Shown here: positions 9,378 through 19,307 of the stretch, one piece after another | Layout of the letters: each line of letters opens with the position of its first letter | Numbering within the stretch: position 1 is the stretch's first letter | Assembly (NCBI GenBank): GCA_964386935.1 | Contig: CAYLUX010000001.1 | Coordinates: forward strand, 23,386-87,385 | Reading direction: 5' to 3' | Length of the DNA stretch: 64,000 nucleotides | DNA from: an uncultured Janibacter sp. | GTDB taxonomy: Bacteria; Actinomycetota; Actinomycetes; Actinomycetales; Dermatophilaceae | Program-made: the position numbers and the translations under genes | Notes under the pieces: generated by a model | Database searches by the model: none | What the model was told of the DNA's origin: nothing | What the model saw: the letters and a program-made list of their open reading frames with translations, nothing else

Positions 9378-10109
9378 ATGTCGACCCTCATCCTCCTTCG
9401 TCATGGCCAGTCCGAGTGGAACGAGAAGAACCTGTTCACGGGCTGGGTCGATGTCGACCTGACCGCGAAGGGGCGCGAGGAGGCCGTGCGCGGCGGTGAG
9501 CTGATGCGGGAGGCGGGGCTGCTGCCGGACGTCCTGCACACGTCGGTGCTGCGTCGGGCGATCACCACCGCGAACCTCGCCCTCGACGCCGCCGACCGGC
9601 ACTGGATCCCGGTGCGGAGGGACTGGCGGCTCAACGAGCGCCACTACGGGGCGCTGCAGGGGCTGGACAAGGCCGAGACGCGGGAGAAGTACGGCGAGGA
9701 GCAGTTCATGCTGTGGCGCCGCAGCTTCGACACCCCGCCGCCGGAGATCGCGACGGACGACCGGTACGCCCAGACCGACGACCCGCGGTACGCGGGCACC
9801 GAGGTGCCGCGCACCGAGTGCCTCAAGGACGTCATCGGGCGACTCATGCCCTACTGGGAGGGGCCGGTCAGGGAGGACCTGGCCGCCGGCCGGACGGTGC
9901 TGATCACGGCGCACGGCAACTCCCTTCGCGCGCTCGTGAAGCACCTCGACGGGATCAGCGACGAGGACATCGCCGCTCTGAACATCCCCACGGGGATGCC
10001 GCTGGTCTACGACCTGGGGGAGGACTTCATGCCGACCCGGCCCGCGGAGTACCTCGACCCGGAGACCGCTGCGGCGGAGGCCGCCGCAGTCGCCGGTCAG
10101 GGCCGCTGA
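9378..10109 (+). CDS. gpmA: 2,3-bisphosphoglycerate-dependent phosphoglycerate mutase
   Basis: ATG 9378 gives '[28 protein letters not shown]' (RHG motif). Also '[11 protein letters not shown]'. Confidence 0.95.
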   Translation: MSTLILLRHGQSEWNEKNLFTGWVDVDLTAKGREEAVRGGELMREAGLLPDVLHTSVLRRAITTANLALDAADRHWIPVRRDWRLNERHYGALQGLDKAETREKYGEEQFMLWRRSFDTPPPEIATDDRYAQTDDPRYAGTEVPRTECLKDVIGRLMPYWEGPVREDLAAGRTVLITAHGNSLRALVKHLDGISDEDIAALNIPTGMPLVYDLGEDFMPTRPAEYLDPETAAAEAAAVAGQGR

Positions 10110-10115
10110 GGAGTC

Positions 10116-10793
10116 TCAGACGCCGTCGTCGACGTCGACGGCCTCCTGCTCGATGGAGTCCATCGCACCGGTGACGAGGAAGCGCACGCGGCGGGCGACG
10201 GTGACCGCGTGGTCGCCGAAGCGCTCGTAGTAGCGGCTGAGCAGCGCCACGTCCACGGCGCTCGTCGTCCCGTGCTGCCACTTGTCGGCCAGGTGGGTGA
10301 ACATCGACCGGTGCAGCTCGTCGAGCTCGTCGTCGATCGTCTCGATGTCCCGGGCCTCGGACAGGTCCTGGCTGACGATCACCCCGGCGGCCCGGGCGAC
10401 GATGCGATCGGCGGCCTCGCCCATCCGGCGGAAGGCGTCGTGCAGCTCCGGCGGCACGGCCGACTCGGGGTAGCGCAGTCGGGTGACCTTGGCGACGTGG
10501 CGGGCGAGGTCGCCCATCCGCTCCAGGTCCCCGGACATCCGCATGGAGGTCAGGACCCGGCGCAGATCGCTCGCGACCGGCGCCTGCAGAGCGAGCAGGT
10601 CCACCGACCGGGCGTCCAGCTCGTTGCGGCGGGCGTCGATCTCCTGATCGGACTCGATGACCTGCTCGGCGAGCCGGACGTCGGCCTCGAGCAGCGCGGT
10701 GGTCGAGGAGCGGATCGCCGAGCGCACGAGCTCGCTCAGCTCGACGAGCTCGTCCGTCACCTGGCTCAGCTCGTCGTGGAAGGCGGTGCGCAT
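10116..10793 (-). CDS. phoU: phosphate-signalling regulator PhoU
   Basis: 225 aa with two PhoU repeats ('LERMGDLARHV' and 'YERFGDHAVTV'). Confidence 0.9.
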   Translation of the reverse strand: MRTAFHDELSQVTDELVELSELVRSAIRSSTTALLEADVRLAEQVIESDQEIDARRNELDARSVDLLALQAPVASDLRRVLTSMRMSGDLERMGDLARHVAKVTRLRYPESAVPPELHDAFRRMGEAADRIVARAAGVIVSQDLSEARDIETIDDELDELHRSMFTHLADKWQHGTTSAVDVALLSRYYERFGDHAVTVARRVRFLVTGAMDSIEQEAVDVDDGV

Positions 10794-10879
10794 CTGGGGA
10801 GGTCCTCCGAAGAAGTCGTGGGTGGTGTCTCACCGGCCCGGAGGGCATGGTCCGGGGCGGTGCCTCCCACCCCACACCT

Positions 10880-10912
10880 CGGGGGTGAACGCGTCCCGGA
10901 CCGCGGGTGAAC
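10880..10912 (-). promoter_or_regulatory. PHO-box-like 11-nt direct repeats in the phoU / senX3-regX3 divergent region
   Basis: On the minus strand, GTTCACCCGCG (10912-10902) and GTTCACCCCCG (10890-10880) lie exactly 22 nt (2 x 11) apart. Both fit my recollection of the actinobacterial PhoP repeat unit G(G/T)TCAYYYR(G/C)G. Confidence 0.5.
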
Positions 10913-10984
10913 ACGAGGGGGCCTGCGGGCGGCGCGCCCGGGACGAAGAGCGCGCGACACCCGCCTCCGGTTAGGGTCTGGCCC

Positions 10985-12145
10985 GTGGAGCCTACGACCG
11001 CAGCAGTCTTCGGTGGAGCCGCCGGCCTGCTCATCGGCTTCCTGGTCTGGGCCGCCCTCGGGCTGAGCGACCGGGAGCGGTCCGTGCCCGAGCCGGAGCA
11101 CGAGATCCCGCCGGGCGTGACCGACGTGCTCGCCGTCCTGCGCTCCTCCGGGCTCGTCGTGGACCACGACGGCCGCGTGGTGCGCAGCTCGCCGTCCGCG
11201 GTCACCTTCGGGCTGGTGCGCACCGGCTGGGTCGCCCACGAGGAGATCCGCGACATGACCCGGCAGGTCTCCAGGGACGGGGTCATCCGCGACGCGGAGT
11301 TCGAGCTGCGCAGTGGCGGCACCGGGGCCGTGATCTTCGCCGCGGTGCGTGTGGCGCCACTGGGCCTGGACCACCTGCTCGTCCTCGTCGAGGACCAGTC
11401 CCAGGGGCATCGGGTCGAGGCGACCCGGCGGGACTTCGTCGCCAACGTCAGCCACGAGCTGAAGACCCCCGTCGGCGGCCTCTCGCTGCTCGCGGAGGCG
11501 GTGCAGGGCGCCAAGGACGACCCGGAGGCGGTCGACCGCTTCGCCCAACGCATGCAGGCCGAGACCGTTCGCCTCACGAAGCTCATCAAGGAGATCGTCG
11601 AGCTCTCCCGGCTCCAGGGCACTCCCGTGCTGCAGGATCCCGGCCTCGTCGAGATCCGGGAGGTGGTCGAGCAGGCCTTGGAGCACCAGCGGCTCGAGGC
11701 GGAGGCCAAGAAGATCACGCTCACCGCCAGGGTCGGCGGGGACCTGCTCGTGCGGGGCGACCAGGACATGCTCGTGACGGCGGTGCGCAACCTCGTCGGC
11801 AATGCGGTCTCCTACTCCGACGAGGGCACCTCGGTGGGGGTCGGGGCCCGCCGCTTCGAGGACACCGTCGAGATCACCGTCACCGACCAGGGGCCGGGCA
11901 TCCCGGCTGCCGACCAGGAGCGGATCTTCGAGCGCTTCTACCGCCGGGACGCCGCTCGCTCCCGGGCCACCGGGGGGACCGGGCTGGGGCTCTCGATCGT
12001 CAAGCACGTCTGCGCCAACCACGGTGGCGACGTGCGCGTGTGGAGCGACGGATCGCACGGATCCACCTTCACCATCAGACTGCCCTCCGCCGTCCCCGCG
12101 GACGATGAGAGGCTTGACCCGACCACCACCAAGGAGAAGCGCTGA
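10985..12145 (+). CDS. senX3: phosphate-sensing histidine kinase (SenX3/PhoR-like)
   Basis: 'ANVSHELKTPVGG' H-box, 'VGNAVSYS' N-box, 'DQGPGIP', 'GGTGLGLSIVKH'. Start is uncertain. GTG 10985 is preferred because GTG 10907 lies inside the PHO-box-like repeats. Confidence 0.85.
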   Translation: MEPTTAAVFGGAAGLLIGFLVWAALGLSDRERSVPEPEHEIPPGVTDVLAVLRSSGLVVDHDGRVVRSSPSAVTFGLVRTGWVAHEEIRDMTRQVSRDGVIRDAEFELRSGGTGAVIFAAVRVAPLGLDHLLVLVEDQSQGHRVEATRRDFVANVSHELKTPVGGLSLLAEAVQGAKDDPEAVDRFAQRMQAETVRLTKLIKEIVELSRLQGTPVLQDPGLVEIREVVEQALEHQRLEAEAKKITLTARVGGDLLVRGDQDMLVTAVRNLVGNAVSYSDEGTSVGVGARRFEDTVEITVTDQGPGIPAADQERIFERFYRRDAARSRATGGTGLGLSIVKHVCANHGGDVRVWSDGSHGSTFTIRLPSAVPADDERLDPTTTKEKR

Positions 12146-12825
12146 TGACCCGAATTCTCGTCGTGGAGGACGAGGTGTCCTTCTCGGACCCGCTGTCCTA
12201 CCTCCTGGAGAAGGAGGGCTACGAGGTCGCCGTCACCGAGACGGGGACGGACGCCATCGCCGCCTTCGAGGCCGACGGTGCCGACCTGGTGCTGCTGGAC
12301 CTGATGCTGCCGGGCATGTCGGGCACGGACGTGTGCCGCGCCATCCGGGCCGAGTCCAACGTCCCGGTCATCATGCTGACCGCCAAGGACGACGAGATCG
12401 ACAAGGTCGTCGGCCTCGAGATCGGCGCCGACGACTACGTCACCAAGCCCTACAGCTCGCGTGAGCTGCTCGCCCGGATCAAGGCCGTGCTCCGCCGCAA
12501 CAACGAGCCGGAGGAGCTGGTCCCCTCGACCATCGAGGGCGGTCCGGTGCGGATGGACGTCGACCGGCACGTCGTGACCGTGGACGGCGAGGCCACGCAG
12601 CTGCCGCTGAAGGAGTTCGAGCTGCTGGAGATGTTGCTGCGCAACGTCGGTCGGGTCCTGACCCGGGTGCAGCTGATCGACCGGATCTGGGGCAGCGACT
12701 ACGTCGGCGACACCAAGACACTGGACGTGCACATCAAGCGGCTGCGGGCCAAGATCGAGCCGGACCCGGCCTCGCCGGTGCACATCATCACCGTGCGCGG
12801 GCTCGGCTACAAGTTCGAGGCCTGA
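12145..12825 (+). CDS. regX3: OmpR-family response regulator (RegX3/PhoP-like)
   Basis: TGATG junction with the kinase gene. Contains 'ILVVEDE', 'DLVLLDLMLPGMSGTDVC', 'GADDYVTKPYS', 'TVRGLGYKF'. Confidence 0.95.
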   Translation: MTRILVVEDEVSFSDPLSYLLEKEGYEVAVTETGTDAIAAFEADGADLVLLDLMLPGMSGTDVCRAIRAESNVPVIMLTAKDDEIDKVVGLEIGADDYVTKPYSSRELLARIKAVLRRNNEPEELVPSTIEGGPVRMDVDRHVVTVDGEATQLPLKEFELLEMLLRNVGRVLTRVQLIDRIWGSDYVGDTKTLDVHIKRLRAKIEPDPASPVHIITVRGLGYKFEA

Positions 12826-12833
12826 GCGGACAG

Positions 12834-12886
12834 ACGAAGGGCGCCGCCCGGGAGCCCTCGTGGCTCACCCGGGCGGCGCCCTTCGT
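12834..12886. terminator. bidirectional hairpin between convergent regX3 and lipoprotein genes
   Basis: Perfect 19-bp stem ACGAAGGGCGCCGCCCGGG / CCCGGGCGGCGCCCTTCGT (12834-12852 / 12868-12886). The loop itself can pair (GAGCC..GGCTC). There is no T-tract, which fits a GC-rich I-shaped terminator. Confidence 0.65.
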
Positions 12887-12894
12887 GCGTCAGC

Positions 12895-13410
12895 TCAGTG
12901 GGACTTCTCGTCCGACGTGTGCTTCTGCTCGTTCTTGATCGGGGTGTAGTCCGACGGCGCGTACTTCTTGTAGTAGCCCTCGGCGGGCAGCACCGGGACG
13001 TCGACCGGTGAGGAGTCGCTGCCACCGGTGCTGACCTTGATGGAGGTCATGTCACCGGCGCCGGCCTCGAGGCCCTTGACGGTGACCGGCTTGTCCTCGC
13101 TGAAGCGGAAGAGCTCGTGCGGGGGCACCTTCTGCTTCACGGTGTCCGAGCCCGCTGTGACCTCGAGGGTGATCTCCTTGTCGGTGAGGTTGTCGACCGT
13201 TCCGGTGATCGTCGCCTCACCCCCGTCGAGGTCGCTGATCAGCACGAGGTTGCGCAGCTCCGCCTTCTGGAGGTCGAGCGGCACACCGTCGGTGATCTGC
13301 TGGGTGTCGGCGGTCTGGAACGGCGAGTTCACCGTGCAGCCGGCGGTGCCGGCGGCGACGGCGATGGCCAGGACGACGGTCCGGCCCCGGTGGAGGAGAT
13401 TGCGCTTCAC
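12895..13410 (-). CDS. putative lipoprotein
   Basis: GTG 13410 gives 'VKRNLLHRGRTVVLAIAVAAGTAGC' (signal peptide plus lipobox Cys). The rest of track ORF 12895..14082 is antisense to carD. Confidence 0.6.
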   Translation of the reverse strand: MKRNLLHRGRTVVLAIAVAAGTAGCTVNSPFQTADTQQITDGVPLDLQKAELRNLVLISDLDGGEATITGTVDNLTDKEITLEVTAGSDTVKQKVPPHELFRFSEDKPVTVKGLEAGAGDMTSIKVSTGGSDSSPVDVPVLPAEGYYKKYAPSDYTPIKNEQKHTSDEKSH

Positions 13411-13569
13411 GGGGCACAGCCTAGCGGTGCCGCCGACGGAGGTGGCGTCGGGCCGGTCCGGGTGTGGCGCGGAACCCTTGGGGCCGTGCAGGGCCGCCGG
13501 TTGTGGACCGACTCTGAGACCTGCGCCACCCCGTGATATTCTGGAGGTCGCGAAAGGGGAAATCTCCAC

Positions 13570-14052
13570 ATGGTTTTCAAGGTCGGCGAGACGGTCGTAT
13601 ACCCCCACCACGGGGCTGCACTGATCGAAGAGATCAAGTTTCGAAAGATCAAGGGCGAAGAGAAGCAATACCTCAAGCTGAAGGTCGCACAGGGCGATCT
13701 GACCATCGAGGTCCCTGCCGAGAACTGCGACCTCGTCGGAGTCCGCGACGTCGTCGGCAAGGAGGGGCTGGACCGGGTGTTCGAGGTGCTGCGCACCCCG
13801 CACGCGGAGGAGCCCACCAACTGGTCGCGTCGCTACAAGGCCAACCTCGAGAAGCTGGCCTCCGGCGACGTCATCAAGGTCTCCGAGGTCGTGCGCGACC
13901 TGTGGCGCCGTGAGCAGGACCGCGGTCTGTCCGCCGGTGAGAAGCGGATGCTGGCCAAGGCGCGCCAGATCCTCGTCTCCGAGCTCGCGCTCGCGGAGAA
14001 GACCGACGAGGACAAGGCCGGGGTCATCCTCGACGAGGTCCTGGCCTCCTGA
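13570..14052 (+). CDS. carD: RNA-polymerase-binding transcription factor CarD
   Basis: '[22 protein letters not shown]' N-terminal domain. 160 aa. An AAGGGGA purine tract lies upstream. Confidence 0.95.
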   Translation: MVFKVGETVVYPHHGAALIEEIKFRKIKGEEKQYLKLKVAQGDLTIEVPAENCDLVGVRDVVGKEGLDRVFEVLRTPHAEEPTNWSRRYKANLEKLASGDVIKVSEVVRDLWRREQDRGLSAGEKRMLAKARQILVSELALAEKTDEDKAGVILDEVLAS

Positions 14053-14114
14053 GCCCCAGCGTCCTGAGCAGCAACGGACCACACGACGCCCGCACTATCT
14101 CCGGTGCGGGCGTC

Positions 14115-14780
14115 GTGCTCGTCGCGGCCGGGTCCGGCACCCGACTGGGCGCCGGTCGACCCAAGGCCTTCGTCGAGCTGGCGGGGGCCACACTGCTCTC
14201 CCGGGCCCTGGACGGGGTGCTCGCCGTGCCGGCCGTCGAGGAGGTCGTCCTCGTGGTGCCGGCGGACCACCTCGCGCAGGTCGACGAGCTCACCGGCACC
14301 CAGGGGGGCGTGCGGATCCGTGCCGTCGCCGGCGGGGCGGAGCGCACCGATTCCGTGGCCGCCGGTCTGGGGGCCCTCTCCGAGAACGTGACCCGGGTGC
14401 TCGTCCACGACGCCGCCCGGTGCCTGACGCCGGTGGCGGTCTTCGAGCGGGTGCTCGCGGCCCTCGAGGACGGGGCGAAGGGAGCGATCCCCGGTGTGCC
14501 CGTCGTGGACACCATCAAGGCGGTCGACGAGCGAGGAGTCATCACCGCCACCCCGGACCGGTCCCCGCTGCGGGCGGTGCAGACGCCACAGGGCTTCGAG
14601 CGGGCCGTGCTCGAGCGGGCGCACGCGGCCGGCGCGCAGGCGACCGACGACGCCGCTCTCGTCGAGGCCGAGGGCCACGACGTGTTCGTCGTCGAGGGCG
14701 ACCACCGCGCGCTGAAGATCACCACCGCCGCGGACCTGGTCCTCGCCGAGCACCTGCTGGCCACCGGCTCCCGGGGCTAG
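14115..14780 (+). CDS. ispD: 2-C-methyl-D-erythritol 4-phosphate cytidylyltransferase
   Basis: 'LVAAGSGTRLG', 'PKAF', 'VLVHDAARCL', 'VVDTIK'. GTG 14115 is the only in-frame start after the carD stop. Confidence 0.9.
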   Translation: MLVAAGSGTRLGAGRPKAFVELAGATLLSRALDGVLAVPAVEEVVLVVPADHLAQVDELTGTQGGVRIRAVAGGAERTDSVAAGLGALSENVTRVLVHDAARCLTPVAVFERVLAALEDGAKGAIPGVPVVDTIKAVDERGVITATPDRSPLRAVQTPQGFERAVLERAHAAGAQATDDAALVEAEGHDVFVVEGDHRALKITTAADLVLAEHLLATGSRG

Positions 14781-15841
14781 GCGCTCTCCCTTCGAGCGAG
14801 GTGGTCACGGACCGCCAGGGCCGCCGCGCGGCCGGCCCGGTTCCCCCCGATGGTGCTCGCCGAGGGGCCGTAGCCCACCAGCTGCACCCGCGGGTCGGCC
14901 ACGGTGGTCACGCTCGCCTGGACGTCGCGGCCGCCGGGCCGCAGGGCGATGCCGCCCTCGGGGCTGCGCAGGCCGAGCGGGGCCAGATGGCGGATCGCCG
15001 GGCGGAAGCCGGTGGCCCACAGGATCGCGTCCACCGGCTCGAAGGTGCCGTCGGCCCAGCGCGCCCCGTTCGCCTCGATCCGCTGGAACATCGGCAGCCG
15101 GCGGTCGTAGATGCCGGTCCGCCGTGCGGCCTCCTCCTGGGGGCGCAGCGCCAGGCCGGTCACGCTGACGACGCTGGCCGGGGGCAGGCCCTGCGCGACC
15201 CGTTCCTGGACCATGGCGATCGCCTCGCGCCCGGAGAAGCCGTCCGAGTTCCACACCGGTGGGCGGCGCGTCGCCCACAGCACGTCCGTGACGGGTGCGA
15301 GCTCGCCGAGGAACTGGACCGCCGAGGCGCCGCCCCCGACGACGACGACCCGCTTGCCCCGGAAGTGCTCCGCGCCCGGGTAGGCCACCGTGTGCCACTG
15401 CTCCCCGGCGAAGTCCCGCTGGCCGGGGTAGCTCGGCACGAAGGGGTTGGTCCAGGTGCCGGTGGCGTTGATGATTGTCCGGGCGGACCACTGCCCGCCC
15501 TCCGTCGACCGGATGCGCAGGACGCCGTCCACGTCGACCACCTGGCGCACGTGCACCGGACGCAGCACCGGCAGGTCGTGGGCCTGCTCGTAGTCGTCGA
15601 ACCACTCGGCGATGACCTCGTTCGCGGGGTCCTCCGAGCCGCCCGGTGCCTCGGCCGTGGGCAGGTCGGCCACGCCGTGCACGTCCTCCATCGACAGCGA
15701 GTCCCACCGGTGCTGCCAGGCCCCGCCGGGGCGCTCGTTGGCGTCGAGGACGACGTGCTCGATGCCCAGGCGGCGCAGGTGGAAGGAGCTGGAGAGCCCC
15801 GCCTGCCCGGCCCCGATCACCACGGAGTCGAGGATGGTCAT
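14777..15841 (-). CDS. class B flavoprotein monooxygenase (FMO-type) / NAD(P)-FAD oxidoreductase
   Basis: ATG 15841 gives '[16 protein letters not shown]' (GxGxxG). FMO motif '[11 protein letters not shown]' (FxGxxxHxxxY) and second dinucleotide site '[10 protein letters not shown]'. Confidence 0.8.
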   Translation of the reverse strand: MTILDSVVIGAGQAGLSSSFHLRRLGIEHVVLDANERPGGAWQHRWDSLSMEDVHGVADLPTAEAPGGSEDPANEVIAEWFDDYEQAHDLPVLRPVHVRQVVDVDGVLRIRSTEGGQWSARTIINATGTWTNPFVPSYPGQRDFAGEQWHTVAYPGAEHFRGKRVVVVGGGASAVQFLGELAPVTDVLWATRRPPVWNSDGFSGREAIAMVQERVAQGLPPASVVSVTGLALRPQEEAARRTGIYDRRLPMFQRIEANGARWADGTFEPVDAILWATGFRPAIRHLAPLGLRSPEGGIALRPGGRDVQASVTTVADPRVQLVGYGPSASTIGGNRAGRAAALAVRDHLARRESA

Positions 15842-15896
15842 GTCCGCTGCAACGCCCTTCGCCTCGGCCTGCATCCCACGGTGCCAGACTGCCGCC

Positions 15897-16385
15897 ATGG
15901 AGCAGCTGCCACGGACCGGGGTCGGGGTCGACGTCCATGCCTTCGCGGAGGCCGAGGCGGCACGGGAGCTGTGGGTCGGTGGGCTGCTGTGGCCGGGGGA
16001 GTCTGGCCTGGCCGGTCACTCCGACGCCGACGTCGCCTGCCACGCGGCCTGTGACGCGCTCTTCTCCGCGGCCGGGATCGGCGACCTGGGGCAGCACTTC
16101 GGGACCGGTCGGCCGGAGCTCGCCGGCGCCTCGGGCGCGACCCTGCTCGCCGAGGCGGCCCGGCTCGTGCGCGAGGCGGGCTTCGAGATCGGCAACGTCG
16201 CGGTGCAGGTCATCGGCAACCGCCCGAAGATCGGGACCCGTCGTGGCGAGGCGCAGAAGGTCATGTCGGACGCCTGCGGCGCCCCCGTCGCCGTCAGCGG
16301 GACGACGAGCGACGGTCTCGGGCTCACCGGTCGGGGCGAGGGGTGCGCCGCGATCGCGACCGCCCTCGTGGTGGCCCGGGTCTGA
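15897..16385 (+). CDS. ispF: 2-C-methyl-D-erythritol 2,4-cyclodiphosphate synthase
   Basis: ATG 15897. Contains 'GVGVDVHAF', '[16 protein letters not shown]', 'IGNRPKIG'. Confidence 0.9.
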   Translation: MEQLPRTGVGVDVHAFAEAEAARELWVGGLLWPGESGLAGHSDADVACHAACDALFSAAGIGDLGQHFGTGRPELAGASGATLLAEAARLVREAGFEIGNVAVQVIGNRPKIGTRRGEAQKVMSDACGAPVAVSGTTSDGLGLTGRGEGCAAIATALVVARV

Positions 16386-16404
16386 CGTCTGGTGCCCGGC
16401 CGGG

Positions 16405-17808
16405 CTACTCGGCCCGGTCCCTGGTGCGGGAGGCCAGCGCCGCCAGTGCCGAGGGAAAGATCTCCGCGGGAGGGGTGACGAGCCCCGCGCCCACCTGACC
16501 GACCCCCGCGACCCGCCCCGCCATGCCGGTGTTGATCTGCGGCAGGATGCCGGTGCGGCAGACCTTCGAGACGTCGATGCCGGTGGGGGCGCCGAGGAAG
16601 TCGAGGACCGGGATCGCCCAGCGATTGTTCTCGGCCAGCGTGATCTCGCCCATCCGACGAGTGGTGGCCAGGGCGTCCGGGACCGAGCCGCCGACGAATC
16701 GGACGATGGCCGGCGCGGTGGCCATCGAGAAGCCACCGATCCCCGTGGTCTCCGTGATCGCCGAGTCGCCGATGTCGGGATTGGCGTCCTCCGGACCGTA
16801 GTCGCCGAGGAAGAGACCGTCGGCGACCTGGGCCGGCCCCGTGAACCACTCGTCGCCGGTACCGGCGACCTGGATGCCGAACTCGGTGCCGTTGCGTGCC
16901 ATCGCCACGACCATGGTCGAGCCGTCGATGCCGCGGGCGGCGTCCATCTGGAGCTTGCACGCCGGCATGGCCACGTTGAGGAAGAAGTGGTCGTTCCCGC
17001 CGATGAAGGCGAAGACGTCCGCGACGTCGCCCGGGTCCGCACTGCTTCGGACGAGGGCGGGGGCCAGGTCGCGGAGCAGCATGAGGGTGCCCGCGCGGTT
17101 GCGGTTGTGGGCCTCGTCGCCCATCTGCAGCATCTGACCCAGGATCGCCGTCGCGTCGATGGGCCCGGTCGCCCGGACGGCCTCGGCGAGGACGGGGCCG
17201 AGGGTGTCGGCCATCCAGCGCAGTCGGGTGAGCACCTCCGAGGAGTAGGCCCCGTAGCGCAGGACCTTCCCGAGGCCCTCGTTGAGGGAGCAGTAGGTGC
17301 GCCGCCCGTCCTCGGGGTCCTCGAGCACCCACATCCACATGGAGGGGGAGACGACCCCGGCCATCGGACCGACCGAGCGACGGTGGTGGCAGGGCTCGAA
17401 GCTGAGGCTCCCGTCGGCGAAGAGGGCGGCGGCATCCTCCGGGTCCTCCACGAGCCCCTCGAAGGCGGCGGCACCCATCAGGGCGCCCTGCATCGGGCCC
17501 GATGCCTTGTCCCAGGTCAGCGGCGGCCCGGCGTGCAGGAACTGCCCGCGCTCCAGGCCCAGCACCTCGCGGGCAGGGGCCACGTCGACGACCATCGCCT
17601 GGACGCCGAGGACCGCCTCGACCGCACGCCGGTTCGCCTCGGCGCGAAGGGGGTCGGTCGCGACCGTGGTGAGGTCGGCCTCGGTCCCCGTCATCGGGGG
17701 GCGCCAGTCGACCCGGCTCACGGGGACGGCCTGGTCGGCCAGGGCGTCGGCGAAGATGCTGGCACCGGCCGACACCACTCCGGCCGTGGGGTTGCTGTTC
17801 GTCGTCAT
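16405..17808 (-). CDS. DUF1116 protein, YlbE/AllG-like subunit of an FdrA-type carbamoyltransferase
   Basis: 'LHAGPP', 'FEPCHHRRSVGPMAGV', 'CSLNEGLGKVLRYGAY' and 'GDSAITETTGIGGF' match my recollection of E. coli YlbE along the whole length. Confidence 0.85.
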   Translation of the reverse strand: MTTNSNPTAGVVSAGASIFADALADQAVPVSRVDWRPPMTGTEADLTTVATDPLRAEANRRAVEAVLGVQAMVVDVAPAREVLGLERGQFLHAGPPLTWDKASGPMQGALMGAAAFEGLVEDPEDAAALFADGSLSFEPCHHRRSVGPMAGVVSPSMWMWVLEDPEDGRRTYCSLNEGLGKVLRYGAYSSEVLTRLRWMADTLGPVLAEAVRATGPIDATAILGQMLQMGDEAHNRNRAGTLMLLRDLAPALVRSSADPGDVADVFAFIGGNDHFFLNVAMPACKLQMDAARGIDGSTMVVAMARNGTEFGIQVAGTGDEWFTGPAQVADGLFLGDYGPEDANPDIGDSAITETTGIGGFSMATAPAIVRFVGGSVPDALATTRRMGEITLAENNRWAIPVLDFLGAPTGIDVSKVCRTGILPQINTGMAGRVAGVGQVGAGLVTPPAEIFPSALAALASRTRDRAE

Positions 17809-19307
17809 GCTGCGGCTCCAATCAGGGAGAGCGCCCGGTCGACTGCCTGGGCATTGGACAGGTAGACCTCGGCTCCGGCCTCGGCCAGCGCCCTCGCCTG
17901 CTCGTCGAGCACCTGCGGGTCCTCGGCGGTGCCGATGCAGCTCACGAGGACGGTGAGATCCCGGCCCTCGGCACGGGCTGCCGCGATGGCGTCGCGGATC
18001 GCGGGGGCCGTGCTGGCGGCGGGGTCGGCGTCGGCACCGTGGCCGAGCACGACGTCCATGAGCACGACCGCCGCGTCCGGGTCCGCGCCGGTGGCGGCGA
18101 GGTGTTCGAGTCGGATCGTGGGGTCGATCATCGGGTGGGCCCGCCCGGCGGTCATCGAGTCGTCACCGAAGTCGATCATCACCGTGCCGTCGGCCGTGAG
18201 CGTCGGGCCGAGCGTGTACCGGGAGTCCAACGGGATGTTGCTGTACACCGGGCCGACGCGGTCCGTGGCCATGATCATGGCCTCGTCGCACAGCGTCCCG
18301 CCCGCGAAGAGGCCCCGCAGCCGCCCGGCGGTCGCCGTCGTGCCGGCAGCACCCCACGTGGGCCAGGTGGGCACCGGACGGTCGAGGGCGGTCAGGACGG
18401 TGGCAGCCGCCTCGGTGAGGTCGGGCCGTCCCGGTCCGAGGAGTGCGAAGTGGACCGGTGTGTCCAGCGTGTCCGCGAACCGGCGCAACTCGGCCTCGAC
18501 CTGCTCCGCCGGCGGCTTGGAGACCACGACGATCAGCTCGGTCCCCGGGTCGGCGTCGAGCCGGCGCATCGCCTGCATGGTCGCCAGACCACCGACCTCG
18601 GGGCCCAGGTCGCGACCGCCGACACCGAGCGCGGCGCTCATGCCGACGCCGGCGTGGTCGAGCAGGCACATCAGCTGCTGGCAACCCGTGCCGGAGGCCG
18701 CGACCAGGCCGACAGGCCCGGGACGCACCGCATTGGCGAAGCCGAGGCCCACTCCGTCCACCATCGCGGTTCCGCAGTCCGGACCCATGACGAGCAGGTC
18801 ACGGGCGGTGGCGATCCGTTTCAGTGCGACCTCCTGGTCGAGGGGCACGTTGTCGCTGAAGATCATCACGTCGTGGCCGGCGTCGAGGGCATCCATCGCC
18901 TCGACGACGGCACTCGCCCCGGGGACCGAGACGAGGGCCAGCGCCGAGTCCGAGCGCCGCAGGGCACTCGTGACGGTGCGTGCCGGCTCCTCCGCGCTGC
19001 CGGAGGACTCCGATCGCCTCGTCACGGCGGCCAGAGCCGCGTCGACAGCCGCCAGCGCCTCCTCCAGGGAGGACCGGTCCTCGAGCCGGATGGCCACGAC
19101 CATGTCGTTGGGGGTGGTCTCGGGCAGCTCGAAGCCCATCGAGGCGATGACGTCGAGGTTCAACGGCGTCGCCATCGCGACCTGTGCTGCTCGGACGCCC
19201 CGGACACCGGCCACGTCCTTGCTGACCTGCAGGAGTGCGACGGAGTCCGCGTAGGCGCCGGGGCGCCGTTCCACGTGGACGTGGCCGGCGTCGGTGGTGG
19301 AGGTCAT
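17805..19307 (-). CDS. fdrA: FdrA-like protein (succinyl-CoA-ligase alpha fold)
   Basis: ATG 19307 (the track ORF is extended to 19601 by R-rich junk). Contains 'LVSVPGASAVVEAMDALDAGHDVMIFSDNVP', 'LVMGPDCGTA', 'VGLVAASGTG'. It overlaps both neighbours by 4 nt. Confidence 0.85.
   Translation of the reverse strand: MTSTTDAGHVHVERRPGAYADSVALLQVSKDVAGVRGVRAAQVAMATPLNLDVIASMGFELPETTPNDMVVAIRLEDRSSLEEALAAVDAALAAVTRRSESSGSAEEPARTVTSALRRSDSALALVSVPGASAVVEAMDALDAGHDVMIFSDNVPLDQEVALKRIATARDLLVMGPDCGTAMVDGVGLGFANAVRPGPVGLVAASGTGCQQLMCLLDHAGVGMSAALGVGGRDLGPEVGGLATMQAMRRLDADPGTELIVVVSKPPAEQVEAELRRFADTLDTPVHFALLGPGRPDLTEAAATVLTALDRPVPTWPTWGAAGTTATAGRLRGLFAGGTLCDEAMIMATDRVGPVYSNIPLDSRYTLGPTLTADGTVMIDFGDDSMTAGRAHPMIDPTIRLEHLAATGADPDAAVVLMDVVLGHGADADPAASTAPAIRDAIAAARAEGRDLTVLVSCIGTAEDPQVLDEQARALAEAGAEVYLSNAQAVDRALSLIGAAA

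Noticed and set aside
16394-16405. The GCCCGGCCGGGC palindrome between ispF and the DUF1116 gene, considered as a terminator.
   Set aside because: It has only 6+6 nt with no loop and no T-tract, so it is too weak to call. I mention it only as a junction feature.
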